Below, in pieces: positions 17,820 to 27,128 of a stretch of DNA of 64,000 bases (position 1 is its first letter; each line of letters opens with the position of its first letter). Origin of the DNA: a virus; IMG/VR virus record IMGVR_UViG_3300002143_000172, positions 95,171-159,170 of that record. The stretch is one strand, 5' to 3'. The notes beneath the pieces are model-generated. The model was not told the origin of the DNA. It saw only the letters and a list, made by a program, of their open reading frames with translations, and did no database searches. Both the position numbers and the translations under genes were made by a program.

Positions 17820-18635
17820 TTAGTCGGCTTTACCGCATTTTTGGCGTTTCATTTGAGTTAATTTTCCAAAGTTAACAGGCCATTCTGCGCCGGGCTGAAT
17901 CTCAACTGCACCTGCTGGGAAAGCATATTGTACCCCGGCTTCTTTCATAATATCAGCAATAGGTTTACGGAATACACGGAGATCGTTGCCTAAATTAGGG
18001 TATGGTGCAATGTGTGGAAATGCCCAACCTGCAATCTGCTTAGTGTTATTATTAACTACAATCTTGTAGTAACCGTGTGGAACGATAACTCCGTTGCCAA
18101 TTGTTTTATCTCCAGCACCATAAAATGCACCGACGAAGATTGTATAACTCTGATTAGTCTGTACTGCCCATCCACGAACCATCGTTTCAAGTAATTTCCA
18201 AATGCCACGATTTAATGATCCAGCTTGTGGATACATGTTAGTCATTAAGAATGATTCATACTCCACTTGCTGTGTCCAGCTTAGGTCACCGTCTGGAGCG
18301 GCATGTCCTTTGTCGTAGCCTGTGCCTGCATAGTCATCTGGACGAGCACCTGTGCCGCCCAGACTTTGATCAGCAACAAACGCATTTGTTCTAGGAAAGC
18401 ATCCTAATGCATTTTGCGGTAATAGCGTATATGCCACATAAGCAGGAATCTTTACAGGAGCATCGTATGCCACCAAATATGCTTCACGACAGATAGGCTG
18501 TGCTGTGCGTTGTGTTTGTGCGAAGCCATATGGGCTGTGTACTTGACAAGCCTGGACTGGTAGTGGGGGGCGTTGATCCCACGCTTGTGCTAGACTTGAA
18601 GCCGCTAGCAATAGGGCAAATAGAATTTTTTTCAT
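17820..18635 (-). CDS. Secreted DNA/RNA non-specific endonuclease (NucA/EndoG family)
   Basis: Signal peptide MKKILFALLLAASSLAQA; YDKGHAAP, TNMYPQ, LNRGIWKLLE, VPHGYYKIV. Confidence 0.92.
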   Translation of the reverse strand: MKKILFALLLAASSLAQAWDQRPPLPVQACQVHSPYGFAQTQRTAQPICREAYLVAYDAPVKIPAYVAYTLLPQNALGCFPRTNAFVADQSLGGTGARPDDYAGTGYDKGHAAPDGDLSWTQQVEYESFLMTNMYPQAGSLNRGIWKLLETMVRGWAVQTNQSYTIFVGAFYGAGDKTIGNGVIVPHGYYKIVVNNNTKQIAGWAFPHIAPYPNLGNDLRVFRKPIADIMKEAGVQYAFPAGAVEIQPGAEWPVNFGKLTQMKRQKCGKAD

Positions 18636-18642
18636 GAATATC

Positions 18643-18810
18643 TTAAGCAACCGGAGTTATTGATGATGGGGCATCTTGAGCAGGCTCAGTCATCTGCGCA
18701 AATAGTTGTGCAAATGCACCACCTATAGGATCGGCGGGCTGTTCTTGTTGGGCGCATTCAACTCGATCGATTAGATCTAGCACGCCACGGATAATTTCAG
18801 TTGCTCTCAT
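18643..18810 (-). CDS. Small late protein
   Basis: MRATEII start 5 nt after TAAATA. Confidence 0.55.
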   Translation of the reverse strand: MRATEIIRGVLDLIDRVECAQQEQPADPIGGAFAQLFAQMTEPAQDAPSSITPVA

Positions 18811-18824
18811 AGTGATATTTACCA

Positions 18825-21800
18825 TTAGTCAAACCACGAAGTATCTGTATTCCACGCACCGTCTGTGAATACGGCTACTGCTAGACTTCTCCAATCTTCA
18901 GCCCGAAGATTATCATCAATTTGAAAAGGAATCCATGACTTGGGTCCTACAGTGTATCCGCCTTCACTGAAATACCTAACATTAGCAATATTGATATAGT
19001 GGTTATTAAGGCCTGCACCTTTGGGAACAAAATACATGATCTGTCCTTCCACACCGTCTGCCAAACTCCAACTGTCATCATTGCCATCAGCACTGACCAA
19101 CACTTGAACACTCTTGGTTAGGTCCAGTGCGGTTGATGTTTCACTACCTGCTCCACCTGTTTTTTCTATAGTAGAATGTTTAACTACCCCATCTAATGTT
19201 ATATCACCAGGTGCTGTTAAATCACCATCATTGCCAAAGTACCAAGTTTTCTCTGTGCTGTCCTCGCCTGACACAGTGATCGAGATCTGTTGATCACTGT
19301 AGATGTCGTTGGTGTGAGTGATTTCGCCTGTGCTGGCATCGTATTGCAGTATGCTGGTTCCTGCCGCTGCTCTAACTGGCTTGACTACAAAGGTATCTTC
19401 TACTGTATTTTCTAAAGCTGCGCCAGATGCATTAATTACAATTGAATTTGCGGCTTGATTTCCAAAACCTGCTAGATCACCTATGGCTATTGCTCTAGCG
19501 CCTTGATTACCGTTACCTGCCTGACGACCTATAGCAACTGCACTGAAGCCTTGAGTTGTTTGACCTGCTAGATAACCTACGGCTACTGCACTGTTGCCTT
19601 GTGAGGTTTCACCTGCCTGTGCACCTACAGCCACTGCTACCACGCTTTGTGAAGTTTCACCAGCTTGATCACCAATTGCTATTGCTTTTGAACTTTGAGT
19701 TGTTTCACCTGCTTGATCACCAATTGCTATTGCATTGGCACCTTGATTTGTTAAACCTGCACTAACACCAATGGCTACTGCCTTTATTCCTTGATTTGTT
19801 CTACCTGCACCCGAACCAAGTGCTACTGCTTCTGCGCCTTGAGTTGTTTGACCTGTAGTATATCCAATTGCTACTGCATAGCCGCTTTGAGTTGTTTCAC
19901 CTGCACTCTCGCCGATTGCTACTGCCGCAATGCCTTGAGTTGTTTTACCTGCATAAACACCAACTGCTACTGCTTCTGAGCCTTGTTGAGCTTGCCCAGC
20001 CGCGGCACCAACTGCTACTGCGTTTGCGCCTTGAGAAGTAGTACCAGCCGCAGAACCAATTGCTACTCCGCTTTCGCCTTGAGTTGTGTTACCAGCCGCA
20101 GAACCAATTGCTATCCCAAATTGGCCTTGAGTTGTGTTACCAGCCGCAACACCAATTGCTACTGCTTCTGAGCCTTGTGTTGTTTGACCTGCAAGATATC
20201 CAACTGCTACTCCGCTTTCGCCTTGAGTTGTATAACCAGCCGCAACACCAATTGCCACTGCACCTGCGCCTTGACTTGTTTCACCTGCCGTATTACCAAC
20301 TGCTACTGCACTTTCGCCTTGAGTATCATTGCCAGCCCGTTTGCCAACTGCTACTGCACTTGTGCCTTGACTTGTTGCACCTGCCCTATTACCAACTGCC
20401 GTCGCGTCTGCACCTTGATCTGATTGACCAGCAGAGACGCCAACTGCCGTTGCGTTTTCGCCTTGATCTTCATTACCTGCATACCAACCAATTGCTACTG
20501 CTTCTTCACCTTGAGTATCATAACCTGCACCCGAACCAATTGCTACTGCATCAACGCCTTGAGTTAAATAACCGGCTTCTTCTCCAATTGCTACTGCTGT
20601 TCGGCCTTGACTTGTTCGGCCTGCATCTTCTCCAATTGCTACTGCGCTTGTGCCTTGGGTTGTTTGGCCTGCACGTTGACCAATTGCTACTGCACGAGAG
20701 CCTTGAGTGTCACTACCTGCTGTGTAGCCTAATGCTATTGCAGTTTCCGATGTACGCAATCTCGCAGTCTCTACATCGCCAACGATTTTACCTGCCACAC
20801 CATCTACCAATAATGTGCTGCCATCACTGAACACTGAACCAGTGACATCACCATCCAGTGAAGTCTGCGGACCTGTGTAGGCAGTGGTCTGGACTGTATC
20901 ATCTGGGAAAGTTAAACTGGCATCTGTGCCAAATAGCCAACTATTAAGATTGTTCACATCAGCACTAGCAGCCAGTCGTACACCGTAACTGTCTATTGCT
21001 AGCTGTGAAGCACTAGTGGGTGTTGGATATGTATCTACCCAAGAAATACTGGCAAGTCCTGATCCCGAAACAAGCATGCCTGTTTGAGTATCTGCTGCTG
21101 CCACAATAAACTCTGGGCCAACACCATCTGGATTTCCAATTGACACAGTTCCACTTGGCAATGTCAACCCTCCAGTGTTTCCAAAATTCCAAGTGTAGTT
21201 ACTGCTGTCTTGATTATTGACTACGATATTAATATCATCATTGCCTGACACAGTACCACCAATGGGTAAGGTTAAACTACCAGATGTAGATAACGCAACA
21301 GTGTAAGTTCCGCTAATTAAGGTCGAAGTTGTAGCAGATCCGCTGCCTGCAACAGGACTTCCGTCAACAGTTAAATTGCCACCGCTAACGCTTAATGCTG
21401 TACCGCCTAAATAAATTGTACTAGTTCCCACATACAAACTACGCCATTGACTCGATGTTGATCCTAGATCGTAAGTTAAATCTGCGGCTGGTATAATATG
21501 CTCTGCTACAGCACTAAAATCTGGTGTAGCACCTGTTGGTCCTGTTGGACCAACTATACCACCATTTGATTGAAATTGGAAATATAAATCTTCTGCACTA
21601 GTTAATGCTACTTGATAATAAATCTTATGAATTAACGGATCGAAAGAAGTAATAAAATTAGGTGCGCCCGGGTCTAATATTCCGGATAATCCAGTATTCC
21701 CTGTCTTAGATACTAGGTCAATACTTGCCCAATTTGCATCAGGACTGTTTTGTAGTCCGCCATCTGCCATTAATCTATTATTTAAAACATACATAGCGGC

Positions 21801-22262
21801 AGGAATTTCTGTGAATCCTGTTAGTGTAAAAACAAGATATCCGTTGTTACTTAATCCTATTCCAGAACCGGCATCAAATGAACCAGTTAATGATCCGCTA
21901 ATTGTTGTAAATGTCCAACGATTTTCTGTATTACTGCCTCCAGCAGTTCGTTGTGCTCTTACTACAGAAACAATACCAGTACCTGTGTTCAAAGGACCAG
22001 TTGCACCGGTAGTTCCTACTGATCCCGGGTCTCCTTGTGGTCCAGTTGGTCCTGCAACACCCGGATCTCCTTGTGGACCAGTTGGACCTGCAACACCCGG
22101 GTCTCCCTGAACTCCTTGTGGTCCTGTTGGTCCTACTTCAATTGTAGAGAGCTGATCAATTATTTCACCAAAGTTATAATTGATCTTAGTAAAAGCAACT
22201 CGTAAACTGTCGCCGTTGCCTGCGTTTGGTCCTGAACCTGTATTGATATAGTAAATGGTCAT
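18825..22262 (-). CDS. Tail or capsid fibre adhesin with collagen and YadA-head-like repeats
   Basis: N-terminal INTGSGPN.G.GDSLR.AF.KIN module, GXY collagen tract, ~27 x 16-aa AVAIGxxAG repeats. Confidence 0.85.
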   Translation of the reverse strand: MTIYYINTGSGPNAGNGDSLRVAFTKINYNFGEIIDQLSTIEVGPTGPQGVQGDPGVAGPTGPQGDPGVAGPTGPQGDPGSVGTTGATGPLNTGTGIVSVVRAQRTAGGSNTENRWTFTTISGSLTGSFDAGSGIGLSNNGYLVFTLTGFTEIPAAMYVLNNRLMADGGLQNSPDANWASIDLVSKTGNTGLSGILDPGAPNFITSFDPLIHKIYYQVALTSAEDLYFQFQSNGGIVGPTGPTGATPDFSAVAEHIIPAADLTYDLGSTSSQWRSLYVGTSTIYLGGTALSVSGGNLTVDGSPVAGSGSATTSTLISGTYTVALSTSGSLTLPIGGTVSGNDDINIVVNNQDSSNYTWNFGNTGGLTLPSGTVSIGNPDGVGPEFIVAAADTQTGMLVSGSGLASISWVDTYPTPTSASQLAIDSYGVRLAASADVNNLNSWLFGTDASLTFPDDTVQTTAYTGPQTSLDGDVTGSVFSDGSTLLVDGVAGKIVGDVETARLRTSETAIALGYTAGSDTQGSRAVAIGQRAGQTTQGTSAVAIGEDAGRTSQGRTAVAIGEEAGYLTQGVDAVAIGSGAGYDTQGEEAVAIGWYAGNEDQGENATAVGVSAGQSDQGADATAVGNRAGATSQGTSAVAVGKRAGNDTQGESAVAVGNTAGETSQGAGAVAIGVAAGYTTQGESGVAVGYLAGQTTQGSEAVAIGVAAGNTTQGQFGIAIGSAAGNTTQGESGVAIGSAAGTTSQGANAVAVGAAAGQAQQGSEAVAVGVYAGKTTQGIAAVAIGESAGETTQSGYAVAIGYTTGQTTQGAEAVALGSGAGRTNQGIKAVAIGVSAGLTNQGANAIAIGDQAGETTQSSKAIAIGDQAGETSQSVVAVAVGAQAGETSQGNSAVAVGYLAGQTTQGFSAVAIGRQAGNGNQGARAIAIGDLAGFGNQAANSIVINASGAALENTVEDTFVVKPVRAAAGTSILQYDASTGEITHTNDIYSDQQISITVSGEDSTEKTWYFGNDGDLTAPGDITLDGVVKHSTIEKTGGAGSETSTALDLTKSVQVLVSADGNDDSWSLADGVEGQIMYFVPKGAGLNNHYINIANVRYFSEGGYTVGPKSWIPFQIDDNLRAEDWRSLAVAVFTDGAWNTDTSWFD
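19440..20745 (-). repeat. 48-bp-period coding tandem repeat (~27 units)
   Basis: QGxxAVA(I/V)GxxAGxT(T/S) periodicity. Confidence 0.9.
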
Positions 22263-22330
22263 AAGTTTTCTCGCTAACCCTGTAATATGATATTTAGTTT
22301 TACCTTTTATAATCCGAATGTAAATAACTG

Positions 22331-22618
22331 GTGATTGTGGAAATAAAAAAAATCAAAACGGAATATACAAGGCTCAGCAAGAGCGGAAAGTCACACGCTT
22401 ATACTAGATATAAGAAAGTGGCTGTGCTACGATGTGATCGCTGTTCTGTTCTGTTCGAACGAGCAGTGGGCAACATGGATAAGAAGCGGGCCAGTAATGA
22501 CTATAAGCATGTCTGTGCCAACTGCAATCCAAAACAATTTGCACAAACAGTCGGAGTTAAGAATAGAAATTTCTGGAATATGCCCGTAGATACTGATATA
22601 GATATTACGAAATTCTAA
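22331..22618 (+). CDS. Basic zinc-binding hypothetical protein
   Basis: CDRC...CANC; TAAATA 4 nt upstream of GTG. Confidence 0.6.
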   Translation: MIVEIKKIKTEYTRLSKSGKSHAYTRYKKVAVLRCDRCSVLFERAVGNMDKKRASNDYKHVCANCNPKQFAQTVGVKNRNFWNMPVDTDIDITKF

Positions 22619-22652
22619 TTGACAATACTGGTAATATCAAGTATAATAAATA
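22619..22652 (+). promoter_or_regulatory. Sigma70 promoter abutting a TAAATA late promoter
   Basis: TTGACA-17-TATAAT followed by TAAATA. Confidence 0.75.
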
Positions 22653-22685
22653 CATTGGGTCACGCCTTTATAAAGAAATAAAAAA

Positions 22686-23192
22686 ATGTCTTGTTTAATT
22701 TTAAATGCGGATGCCGCACCAGTAAGTATGCTTCCACTTAGCACAATCTCGTGGGAAGAATCGATTCGTTATCTAGTAACGGATAAAGCCACAGTTCTAG
22801 AATGGTACGAAGATTGGATCGTTCACAGTGAATACTGGGAAACTCGCGTTCCTGCGGTTATGATTCTTAGGGAATACCAAAAGAAGAAAACCACGGTCCG
22901 ATTCTCAAAACAAAATGTATTCCTGCGTGATGGATACTCTTGCCAATATTGTGGAGATGATGTTAGCCGTAAAACTGCTACATTGGACCATGTATTGCCA
23001 ACTAGTCACGGAGGAAAAACTGTTTGGGAAAACTGTGTTACTGCCTGTGCACCTTGTAATGCCCGAAAAGGTAACAACAAAAAGGTCGTACCTAAGATCA
23101 AACCATTTAAGCCAAGTTACTTCTATTTGGCCGATAAGCGTAAAAAGATGGCTTGGGAATTACAACACCCGAGCTGGGCCAACTATATATAA
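22686..23192 (+). CDS. HNH endonuclease (McrA-like)
   Basis: RDGYSCQYCG, TLDHVLP, GG...WENCVTACAPCNARKG. Confidence 0.92.
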   Translation: MSCLILNADAAPVSMLPLSTISWEESIRYLVTDKATVLEWYEDWIVHSEYWETRVPAVMILREYQKKKTTVRFSKQNVFLRDGYSCQYCGDDVSRKTATLDHVLPTSHGGKTVWENCVTACAPCNARKGNNKKVVPKIKPFKPSYFYLADKRKKMAWELQHPSWANYI

Positions 23193-23199
23193 TAGACGG

Positions 23200-23227
23200 A
23201 ATAGCCCCGAGAGGGGCTATTTTTTTG
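23200..23227 (+). terminator. Rho-independent terminator between convergent genes
   Basis: AATAGCCCC-GAGA-GGGGCTATT plus T tract. Confidence 0.9.
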
Positions 23228-23239
23228 GCTAGAAGTATT

Positions 23240-23458
23240 TTATTTTTCTCGGTACACTATACGACCTTTGGTTAGATCGTATGGACTCATTTCGAGTTTA
23301 ACTCGATCGCCCATTAATATTTGAATTTTATTTTGGCGCATTCTGCCACTTATGTGACCAAGGATCGTAGATCCTTGTTCTAGCTTTACCCGAAACATTG
23401 CGTTGGGTAACACTTCTTCAACCCTGCCTTCTAGGTTGATCATATCTTCTTTTGCCAC
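23240..23458 (-). CDS. infA: Translation initiation factor IF-1
   Basis: [26 protein letters not shown]...[13 protein letters not shown]; 72 aa. Confidence 0.97.
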   Translation of the reverse strand: MAKEDMINLEGRVEEVLPNAMFRVKLEQGSTILGHISGRMRQNKIQILMGDRVKLEMSPYDLTKGRIVYREK

Positions 23459-23460
23459 GA

Positions 23461-23703
23461 TTAAATTTTCTCTCCTTTTAAACCCTTAACTACTAGATCT
23501 TTCGCCCGTTGGTTGAGCTCTACTTCTCCCACTTGCATCATTTTATGTGCTATTAAATTCATGTATTCTGACAAAACGGTTTTTCCAATATCTGTCCAAT
23601 GCGAATAGTCCGGACCGGCACTGCTGTAATAATAGTAGTCTCGATTCTTCATTAGCTGATATATACCTCCATACATCAGCTCTTTAACTGCATTACTATT
23701 CAT
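23461..23703 (-). CDS. Hypothetical protein
   Basis: Start reset to MNSNAVKE, just after the ligase stop. Confidence 0.6.
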   Translation of the reverse strand: MNSNAVKELMYGGIYQLMKNRDYYYYSSAGPDYSHWTDIGKTVLSEYMNLIAHKMMQVGEVELNQRAKDLVVKGLKGEKI

Positions 23704-23704
23704 A

Positions 23705-25003
23705 TTAGATTTTTTCACCTTTAGCAAACCCGCGGAATCGAAGGAACCTTGGGAATCTAAGTGAGTATAACTCTTGACTATCTTGACTGAGAGTCGCCGC
23801 ATCTGCTCGGACTTCCACGATCTGACCAACAACTGCATCTTTGTCGGCCCAAAATTCGTTTCGGTCATCATCTGTAAAACCCGACCCAACATTAACACGA
23901 ATCTGCTTCCCATCATCTTCGCCCTCACATATGATCGCACCCAATCGACCTTCATTTTTTCCGGTGCCTTCTTCTACCGCAACAACGGTTAAACTTACTT
24001 CGATAAAGGGCTTCATTTTGAGCCAGCTGGTACTCCGCTTACATTCGTAAGGGGCATCTATATCCTTGATCATAATGCCTTCGTAACCGGCTTCAATAGC
24101 ATCTTTGTTATATTGCTTAAATTCTAGTTCGCCAACATAGCTCCCCAGATCAACTTCAATTTGGGGAATAATGTCAATACTACCGATTTTATCAAATTGT
24201 GCTTTTAGGCCGCGCAACAGATTGCTACGGCGGCGTTGGCCCAACACGCTTTTTCCCTTTTGGAATTCGCTAAGTGGCAGGATATCAAACAGCATTAGAC
24301 GAGCGTCTTCTGTTTGGGCATTTTCCTTACGATGCACCTGTTTCATCAGGGCTTGGAAACTGCTACTAACCATCTCACCGTCAATAACCCAACTGCGTTC
24401 AAACAGTCCTATATCGTCCTCTATGGATTTAGTAATGTGTCCGAAGTTCTCCAAGACCTTACCATTGCGGCTGTACATCACAGCGGTCTTTGCTTCTGCG
24501 TTAATGATAGTGACCACACGGACACCGTCTAGTTTTGGTTCTAGCAGTTTCTTGCCTACGATCTTCTTTTCGTGATTAGCACCGTCATGTGCCAACATAC
24601 ATTCAAACACAGGGACTGCATTTTTCTTAACTTTGTTAATGGTCTTTTCACTAACACCACAGCGAAGATCTTTGATAAGGATACGGCGATACCAATTATT
24701 CCACTGATCCTTTTTACTGGCACCCAATGCCAGTTCAATAGCACTACGGGCGTCGTCGCCAGTAAGTTGTCGTGTGCTTAAAAGATGACAGAGTTCTTTG
24801 AAAGCTACCCAAGGCAAACCTTGTCCATCCGGACCACCGTGGCTGGGAACTTTCTTAACTCCGAAAGTAATATAGGGACTGAGTGCTAATTGGAAACCTT
24901 CAAACAGTTCTTCGTTATCGATTTCTGCCTCGATGATCGCTTCTTTGTTAAGACGGCTAGGATGGGTTTCCAGAGACCAAATGATGTTCTCACAGTGTGA
25001 CAT
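23705..25003 (-). CDS. lig: ATP-dependent DNA ligase
   Basis: EPKLDGVR, DGE, EGIMIK, WLKMK, VGSGF, SLRFPRF. Confidence 0.96.
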   Translation of the reverse strand: MSHCENIIWSLETHPSRLNKEAIIEAEIDNEELFEGFQLALSPYITFGVKKVPSHGGPDGQGLPWVAFKELCHLLSTRQLTGDDARSAIELALGASKKDQWNNWYRRILIKDLRCGVSEKTINKVKKNAVPVFECMLAHDGANHEKKIVGKKLLEPKLDGVRVVTIINAEAKTAVMYSRNGKVLENFGHITKSIEDDIGLFERSWVIDGEMVSSSFQALMKQVHRKENAQTEDARLMLFDILPLSEFQKGKSVLGQRRRSNLLRGLKAQFDKIGSIDIIPQIEVDLGSYVGELEFKQYNKDAIEAGYEGIMIKDIDAPYECKRSTSWLKMKPFIEVSLTVVAVEEGTGKNEGRLGAIICEGEDDGKQIRVNVGSGFTDDDRNEFWADKDAVVGQIVEVRADAATLSQDSQELYSLRFPRFLRFRGFAKGEKI

Positions 25004-25035
25004 TAAATTTCCTTTAAGTTTGACTTGATGTATAT

Positions 25036-25064
25036 ATTATACAAGATATTTGGAAAATTGTCAA
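25036..25064 (-). promoter_or_regulatory. Sigma70 promoter for the ligase-IF1 unit
   Basis: TTGACA-17-TATAAT on minus strand. Confidence 0.8.
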
Positions 25065-25081
25065 CTGGAGTTTTTACCAAT

Positions 25082-25405
25082 TTATACCGAAAAACTAGAC
25101 CCGCATCCACAGGTACTTTGGGCATTTGGATTTTTAATAGTAAACTGACTGCCCATAAGATCGTCAGTAAAATCCACTGTTGCACCCTGCAGATATTGCA
25201 TACTCATAGCATCAACGAGCAAGGTCATTCCGGGCCGTTCGACTGCAAAGTCATCTTCGCCCTGTTCTTCATCAAAAGTAAATCCATAACTAAATCCGCT
25301 ACATCCGCCACCTTGGACGAATGTTCGAAGTTTTAATTTTGGATTATTTTCTTCTGCTAATAGGTCTGCAATTTTTGCAATTGCACTTTCTGTAAGTTCA
25401 ATCAT
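25082..25405 (-). CDS. erpA: A-type Fe-S carrier, ErpA-like
   Basis: [21 protein letters not shown]...[14 protein letters not shown]. Confidence 0.92.
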   Translation of the reverse strand: MIELTESAIAKIADLLAEENNPKLKLRTFVQGGGCSGFSYGFTFDEEQGEDDFAVERPGMTLLVDAMSMQYLQGATVDFTDDLMGSQFTIKNPNAQSTCGCGSSFSV

Positions 25406-25728
25406 ATTCTAAAACTTTCTCCACAACCGCATCGGTCTCGTTCGTTTGGGTTAACAAAATCAAAACCTTCGTTAAGACCTTTTTTAACCCAATCCACTGT
25501 TAGTCCTTCTAGGTAAACATGAGACCTTCCATCTACCCAAACTGTTACTCCGTAGCTTTCATATTTGAATTGATCCCTAGTAACTGGTGTATGATCAACA
25601 TATTCTAATGTATAGGCCAATCCACTGCATCCAGTAGTTTTAACACCAAGGCGTATGCCCAGGCCTTTGCCTCTATGTGCTAACTGTTGTTGGACCTTAG
25701 TGGCCGCTTGTTCAGTTAGTGAGATCAT
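25402..25728 (-). CDS. iscA: A-type Fe-S carrier IscA
   Basis: [16 protein letters not shown]...[12 protein letters not shown]...CGCGESF. Confidence 0.93.
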   Translation of the reverse strand: MISLTEQAATKVQQQLAHRGKGLGIRLGVKTTGCSGLAYTLEYVDHTPVTRDQFKYESYGVTVWVDGRSHVYLEGLTVDWVKKGLNEGFDFVNPNERDRCGCGESFRI

Positions 25729-27118
25729 GTCTTTCTCTGTAGTCTTTTATTGCCGCTTTGATAGCATCTTCTGCTAGTATTGAACAATGTATTTTAACTG
25801 GCGGTAGGGCGAGCTCTTCAGCAATCTCTGAATTCTTAATGCTTCCTGCTTGGTCAAGAGTTTTACCTTTGACCCATTCAGTAACAAGACTGGAACTGGC
25901 AATAGCTGAACCACAATTGTGTGAACCGACTCTATTAGAGAAAAACACATGAGCACCATCCTCCAATTTTAAATCATAAACTACGACTAATTTGCCATCT
26001 CTTTCACATCCACGCAATTGATTTTGATGAGTTATCGCTGAAATGCCTACGATTTCCATTCCATTGTGAATAAAATTCTGCACTTCTGGTAATGATTGTG
26101 CAATATCTTCTACTGCTAAAAATAACGAGTCGTATCCGGCTGTGGCCAATTGCTTACGCCGGTTGGCCACATAATTTGATTCCTCAGACCGATCCTGCAT
26201 AAATTTCGGCATCTGCTTTGTATATACTTCTATACATTTTTTCTTGCCAGGCACAATAAAGTCCGGACTTGCTGGACCAGATTCCGTCTGAATCCATATC
26301 TTGCCAGCACTCCATCTTACAGCTACATTGTTTTCTTCAAATAAACTGATGTATTTTTGTTCAATACTAGTAGGTTTAGTCCAATCTCGTTGTGCCATTC
26401 CCTGTTGCCATTTTTCAATGTATGCTAGATTTGACCAATTTTTAACTGAGGCTGCACTTGAACGCTTCTTTTTAGTTGCTAAATCTTTACACACATACCC
26501 AGGTTGATTTTGTGGTAATACCGAGTGGTCAAACTCCTTATTCCATGCTGTCATTCTGACACTATTTTTTTGTTTAAGTGTAGTACAATGTCTGTTGTTA
26601 GTAAGAATCCTTAGTTCGTGTTCAGTTATCTCATATAACTCTTGTCCTACTTGTAGCTGTTGCGCTTCGATTGGCTTGTTATTGGCATTCCAAAATATAT
26701 GTTCCTTAGTACAAATTAATGAAAAAGTTCCAGGATTAATATTTTGTCTACTAGTTTCTCTTTGAAATGTAATTACTAACAAATCATCCACTTCGACCGA
26801 ATGTTTAATAATATCTCGCACTTTTTGCGGATGAATAGTATTTCCATCCCACGCTAACACTTCATCACCAACGACTAACGATGATATCTTTTTTCTATTA
26901 GTTGGTGTATTCACTGGCATATTGCTTGTTAGACACCCATATGTTTTAAATTTTGCGTCTTTGATAATTCCATCTTCTACTCTAATCTGTAATTTCATTA
27001 CATCGCCACAAGCAGGTGCGCCCACCATTCCTGTGCCAACATCGGGATCATCTTTTTGGAAAGATCCTGCATTTCTAGGATTTTCATAATGATCAAGTAC
27101 CTTGTCTGAATATGCCAT
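25712..27118 (-). CDS. iscU: Fe-S scaffold IscU precursor containing an intein (128-aa spliced product)
   Basis: MAYSDKVLDHYENPRN, APACGD, FKTYG|CGSAIASSS, LPPVKIHCS. Confidence 0.95.
   Translation of the reverse strand: MAYSDKVLDHYENPRNAGSFQKDDPDVGTGMVGAPACGDVMKLQIRVEDGIIKDAKFKTYGCLTSNMPVNTPTNRKKISSLVVGDEVLAWDGNTIHPQKVRDIIKHSVEVDDLLVITFQRETSRQNINPGTFSLICTKEHIFWNANNKPIEAQQLQVGQELYEITEHELRILTNNRHCTTLKQKNSVRMTAWNKEFDHSVLPQNQPGYVCKDLATKKKRSSAASVKNWSNLAYIEKWQQGMAQRDWTKPTSIEQKYISLFEENNVAVRWSAGKIWIQTESGPASPDFIVPGKKKCIEVYTKQMPKFMQDRSEESNYVANRRKQLATAGYDSLFLAVEDIAQSLPEVQNFIHNGMEIVGISAITHQNQLRGCERDGKLVVVYDLKLEDGAHVFFSNRVGSHNCGSAIASSSLVTEWVKGKTLDQAGSIKNSEIAEELALPPVKIHCSILAEDAIKAAIKDYRERHDLTN
25916..26935 (-). 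mobile_element. Intein (340 aa) with central endonuclease-like domain
   Basis: Block A CLTSNMPV, block B CTKEH (TxxH), block F VVYDLKLEDGAHVFF, terminal SHN followed by +1 Cys. Confidence 0.93.
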
Positions 27119-27128
27119 AATATGTGTG

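Noticed and set aside
19556-20830. Several plus-strand ORFs up to 256 aa with Leu/Cys periodicity
   Set aside because: Antisense shadows of the 48-bp repeat in the fibre gene; no RBS or independent signal
23704-23955. N-terminal extension of ORF 23461..23955 overlapping the ligase
   Set aside because: The ATG at 23703 directly follows the ligase stop; the extension is an alternative-frame artefact
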